Positions 24,898-27,237 of a stretch of 27,237 bases of DNA are shown here, in pieces. Source of the DNA: a virus; IMG/VR virus record IMGVR_UViG_3300025137_000229, positions 1 to 27,237 of that record; one strand, given 5' to 3'. A program made the position numbers and the translations under genes. Position 1 is the first letter of the stretch. The number at the start of each line of letters is the position of its first letter. Below the pieces are notes generated by a model. That model ran no database searches, was not told the origin of the DNA, and saw only the letters and a program-made list of their open reading frames with translations.

Positions 24898-25294
24898 TCT
24901 TTTAATATTAAGAGATACGTTTACTGATGAGTCTACAGTAGGTAGTCTTTATATAGATGGTGAAAAATTCTGTGATACATTAGAACTACCTTATAGAGAT
25001 AACCAAAGAAGTATATCTTGTATTCCAATAGGTCAATATAAGGTAAGATTAAGAACCGCAAAAGAAAGTGCAACAAGAGATTATTTGCACTTATTAGTAA
25101 AAGATGTAAAAAATCGTTCTCACATATTATTTCACAAAGGAAATACAGCTAAAGATACAAGGGGTTGCATCCTAGTAGGTCAAGGAAGTCAACACAATAT
25201 TGTTCAAAATTCTTCTTTAGCAATGTCATTACTGATGAAAGAGATAATACATTTGGGGGGTGAAAATATTAATTTAATAATCAAAAACAAATAA
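24842..25294 (+). CDS. DUF5675-like protein with a YkuD-like His/Cys motif; putative peptidoglycan-acting lysin
   Basis: The track starts at TTG 24755. In-frame ATGs are at 24842 and 24860. LLILRDTFTDESTVGSLYIDGEKFCDTLELPYRDN....CIP.G.Y.V matches my recollection of DUF5675. HILFHKGNTAKDTRGCILVG resembles the L,D-transpeptidase H.G....(S/T).GC catalytic motif. Small membrane proteins flank it. Confidence 0.6.
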   Translation: MLLKDKMVTKKHTEVKGVNLLILRDTFTDESTVGSLYIDGEKFCDTLELPYRDNQRSISCIPIGQYKVRLRTAKESATRDYLHLLVKDVKNRSHILFHKGNTAKDTRGCILVGQGSQHNIVQNSSLAMSLLMKEIIHLGGENINLIIKNK

Positions 25295-25296
25295 TT

Positions 25297-25488
25297 ATGA
25301 AATTTTTAGAAAAGTATTTAATTGGACAAATGGTAAAATCAAAAAAGTTTTGGTATGCTATTAGTTCAGTAGTTGTACCTGCATTAGTAACTTATTTAGG
25401 AGTAGATGAAATGACTGCTAATAACTTATACTATGCACTATTAGCTTTAGTTCTTGGACAAGGAATAGCTGACATTGCTAAAAAATAA
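25297..25488 (+). CDS. Two-TM small membrane protein, holin candidate
   Basis: 63 aa with hydrophobic segments FWYAISSVVVPALVTYLGV and LYYALLALVLGQGIADI and a charged C-terminus. Confidence 0.55.
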   Translation: MKFLEKYLIGQMVKSKKFWYAISSVVVPALVTYLGVDEMTANNLYYALLALVLGQGIADIAKK

Positions 25489-25531
25489 TAGATATAGATT
25501 AAAGCCGCACGAAATAGTGGCATTAGAAAAG

Positions 25532-26197
25532 ATGCGAGAAGCTGACACTAGGAATGTCCTAGTTGTTGGCGACTTGCACGAACCCTTTTGTCTTGATGGA
25601 TATTTAGAATTTTGCCAAGAACAATACGATACTTATAATTGTAATCAGGTAATTTTTATTGGAGATATTTTAGATAACCACGCATTTTCATATCACGAAC
25701 CTGATCCTGATGGAATGTCAGCAGGTAATGAATTACAAAAGAGTATAAAAAAAATCCATAAATGGTATAAAGCTTTTCCTGAAGCAGATGTTTGTATTGG
25801 AAATCACGATAGAATGGCAGCACGTAAAGCAATGACAGGTGGAATACCATCAGCCTGGATTAAGTCTTATAATGAAGTCTTAGGAACTCCTAATTGGAAT
25901 TGGGTAGAGTCAGTAGTGTATGATGATGTTCTTTATGAACACGGAGAAGGAGGTCAAGCAAAAAGCAAAGCAAAATCAAATTTAATGTCATCAATTTGTG
26001 GGCATACACATACGGAAGCCTATTGTTTATGGTATGTCGGCAAAAGATATAGAGTATTTGGAATGCAGGTAGGCTGTGGTGTAGATAGTTCTACTTATGC
26101 AGCTGCTTATGCTAAAAATTTTAAAAGACAAGCAATAGGATGTGCTGTTGTCCTTAATAATGGTACACTACCAATTAATCTTTTAATGCCTTTATAA
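25532..26197 (+). CDS. Calcineurin-like metallophosphoesterase
   Basis: Ordered motifs GDLHEP, GDILDNH, GNHD, GHTH. The track start is TTG 25475, overlapping the holin. The first ATG is at 25532 (MREADTRNVLVVGDLHEPF). Confidence 0.8.
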   Translation: MREADTRNVLVVGDLHEPFCLDGYLEFCQEQYDTYNCNQVIFIGDILDNHAFSYHEPDPDGMSAGNELQKSIKKIHKWYKAFPEADVCIGNHDRMAARKAMTGGIPSAWIKSYNEVLGTPNWNWVESVVYDDVLYEHGEGGQAKSKAKSNLMSSICGHTHTEAYCLWYVGKRYRVFGMQVGCGVDSSTYAAAYAKNFKRQAIGCAVVLNNGTLPINLLMPL

Positions 26198-26274
26198 TGA
26201 AGCTAAAGGACTCTACAAAACTAACTTTGTTTTACTTATTACTTATAATCATAGTTCTAGTAATTACCCTATAA
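26197..26274 (+). CDS. 25-aa hydrophobic peptide ORF (uncertain)
   Basis: TAATG overlap with the phosphoesterase stop. MKLKDSTKLTLFYLLLIIIVLVITL has a single TM-like helix. Confidence 0.25.
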   Translation: MKLKDSTKLTLFYLLLIIIVLVITL

Positions 26275-26405
26275 TTTACTACCCCTTTAGTTGTTTTAAG
26301 CACTTTTAGAACTTTTTAACGGTAATATACTAGACAGTACTTAAATCAGCTAATCTAGTCAAAACACTATTAACACTTATTTTGTTAATAACTTTGTAAA
26401 TAAAG

Positions 26406-26436
26406 TTGTGTATAAAATCAAATTTGTATATCTTTG
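26406..26436 (+). promoter_or_regulatory. Bacteroidota-type host promoter (TTG -33 / TAtcTTTG -7) for the early operon
   Basis: TTG at 26406-26408, a 20-nt spacer, then TATCTTTG at 26429-26436. This lies about 30 nt upstream of ATG 26468. A second TAacTTTG at 26389-26396 has no clear -33 element. A 6-bp inverted repeat AACTTT-N6-AAAGTT (26390-26407) overlaps the region. Confidence 0.55.
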
Positions 26437-26467
26437 CTTCATTATTAACTAAAACATTAAAAACAAG

Positions 26468-26716
26468 ATGTCAAATTTTAAAATGAAGGAAGCAGTAGAT
26501 GTAAAAGAAGCTAAAATCTCAATACTTGATGTAATGGAAGAAAATCCATTATGGCTTAACAAGGTAACAGATAGTCTATCTATATTGATAAAAAATATAG
26601 AACCTGAACACAGAAAATTTTTATTAGATAAATCAATAGATGAGCAGGTAATAGATTTATTTGTTAAGATTAAAACTGAATACTATAACTTTAAAGACAA
26701 TACACAATGGAGTTAA
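26468..26716 (+). CDS. Hypothetical immediate-early protein
   Basis: First ORF after the early promoter. 82 aa, acidic. No family recognised. Confidence 0.65.
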   Translation: MSNFKMKEAVDVKEAKISILDVMEENPLWLNKVTDSLSILIKNIEPEHRKFLLDKSIDEQVIDLFVKIKTEYYNFKDNTQWS

Positions 26717-26988
26717 TTTGCGAATCTTTTTACTTCTACAATAATGGAGTATATAAAACAATAGAGAACTACTCACCTGATGGATGGTTTACAGACTTAA
26801 AAAGAGTAGAGCCTAGTATTAAAATATTTGGTACTAGAAAACAAATAGACAAAGCATTAGATGATTACATTGCATTAACAGGACTAAATTTAGATGAAGT
26901 CTATGATTATGAAGATAAAGAAATGCTTAAAGTATATAAAGAAAAATATGATAAACTAAATAATAAAGCACTAATAACAACAATATGA
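26707..26988 (+). CDS. Hypothetical immediate-early protein
   Basis: 93 aa. It overlaps both neighbours. Confidence 0.65.
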   Translation: MELICESFYFYNNGVYKTIENYSPDGWFTDLKRVEPSIKIFGTRKQIDKALDDYIALTGLNLDEVYDYEDKEMLKVYKEKYDKLNNKALITTI

Positions 26989-27237
26989 AAATAAAAGATT
27001 TAACTAAAGAACTACCTTATAAATGGAGGGTACAGTCTACAAAGTATGGTAAAACCACTTGTGTAGCTTATATAGATGCAAGAGATTGTCAGGACTTACT
27101 AGATAGTGTAGTGGGTGCTGAAAATTGGCAGACTATATATTATGAAGAAAATGGATTGTTATTTTGTAAAGTAGGAATATTTACAGGGAAAGATTGGGTT
27201 TGGAAATCTGACACAGGATCAGAAAGCAATGTAGAGA
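26985..27237 (+). CDS. Rad52/Sak-type single-strand annealing protein, N-terminal part (continues at nt 30 of the window)
   Basis: ATGA overlap at 26985. MKIKDLTKELPYKWRVQSTKYGKTTCVAYIDARDCQDLLDSVVGAENWQ fits the Rad52-family N-terminal pattern (W.vq......a.c.aYidaR.v.d.LD.v.G..nWq). The frame runs off the window end into the duplicated 29 nt. Confidence 0.85.
   Translation, partial: MKIKDLTKELPYKWRVQSTKYGKTTCVAYIDARDCQDLLDSVVGAENWQTIYYEENGLLFCKVGIFTGKDWVWKSDTGSESNVE
27209..27237. repeat. 29-nt terminal overlap identical to nt 1-29 (circular closure of the contig)
   Basis: TGACACAGGATCAGAAAGCAATGTAGAGA occurs at both ends. The annealase reading frame is continuous across the join. Confidence 0.95.

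Noticed and set aside
27209-27237. The 29-nt end duplication as a genuine direct terminal repeat or cos-type end
   Set aside because: It is too short for known DTRs and sits in the middle of a conserved gene that reads through the join. An assembler overlap on a circular or permuted genome is the simpler explanation.
1-27237. Search for integrase, repressor, attP, tRNA, CRISPR array, reverse transcriptase/DGR repeats and toxin-antitoxin pairs
   Set aside because: No ORF shows tyrosine or serine recombinase, CI/Cro-like, RT or toxin motifs. I noticed no cloverleaf-like GC-rich segment and no regularly spaced direct repeats. The genome looks strictly lytic. A tRNAscan or profile search would be needed for certainty.

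Overview
The window is a complete, circularly closed tailed dsDNA phage genome. Nt 1-29 are identical to nt 27209-27237, so the unique length is about 27.2 kb. It is very AT-rich. Every credible gene is on the + strand, and genes are tightly packed with many ATGA/TAATG stop-start overlaps.

The host is most likely a member of Bacteroidota (Flavobacteriia-like). Three things point this way: a TTG/TAnnTTTG-type promoter in the only large non-coding gap, A-rich leaders without Shine-Dalgarno sequences, and DUF3127- and DUF5675-like proteins.

Gene order around the circle:
- Early promoter region (26.2-26.47 kb), then two small early ORFs.
- Rad52/Sak annealase (split by the window junction), DUF3127 SSB, DnaA-domain-IV-like HTH and a replication organiser.
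- NinG, a sigma-like protein, DUF3310 and NinB.
- TerS-like ORF and PBSX-type TerL.
- A 9-kb tail/virion block.
- XkdF-type prohead protease, scaffold and major capsid protein.
- Tube-like protein and a CBM/LamG receptor-binding protein.
- Portal fused to a MuF-like domain.
- Lysis cassette, then a metallophosphoesterase.

I found no integrase, repressor, DNA polymerase, helicase, primase, tRNA or CRISPR array.

The most interesting signals are:
1. A phage-specific bipartite motif (CAAAT-N14-TCTATTATATAGTA) present five times, heading each late transcription unit. Three copies abut the ATG. A phage-encoded sigma-like protein is a candidate cognate factor.
2. A T9 run that joins gene 7120 to a long open -1 frame, which could be recoding, transcriptional slippage or a homopolymer error.
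3. A TerL whose Walker A box lies upstream of any canonical start codon.
4. Iteron-like repeats with 23-bp spacing inside the replication gene.
5. A non-canonical lysis cassette built around a YkuD-like Cys/His protein.

All functional calls come from reading the translated ORFs by eye and recalling family signatures. No database search was run.
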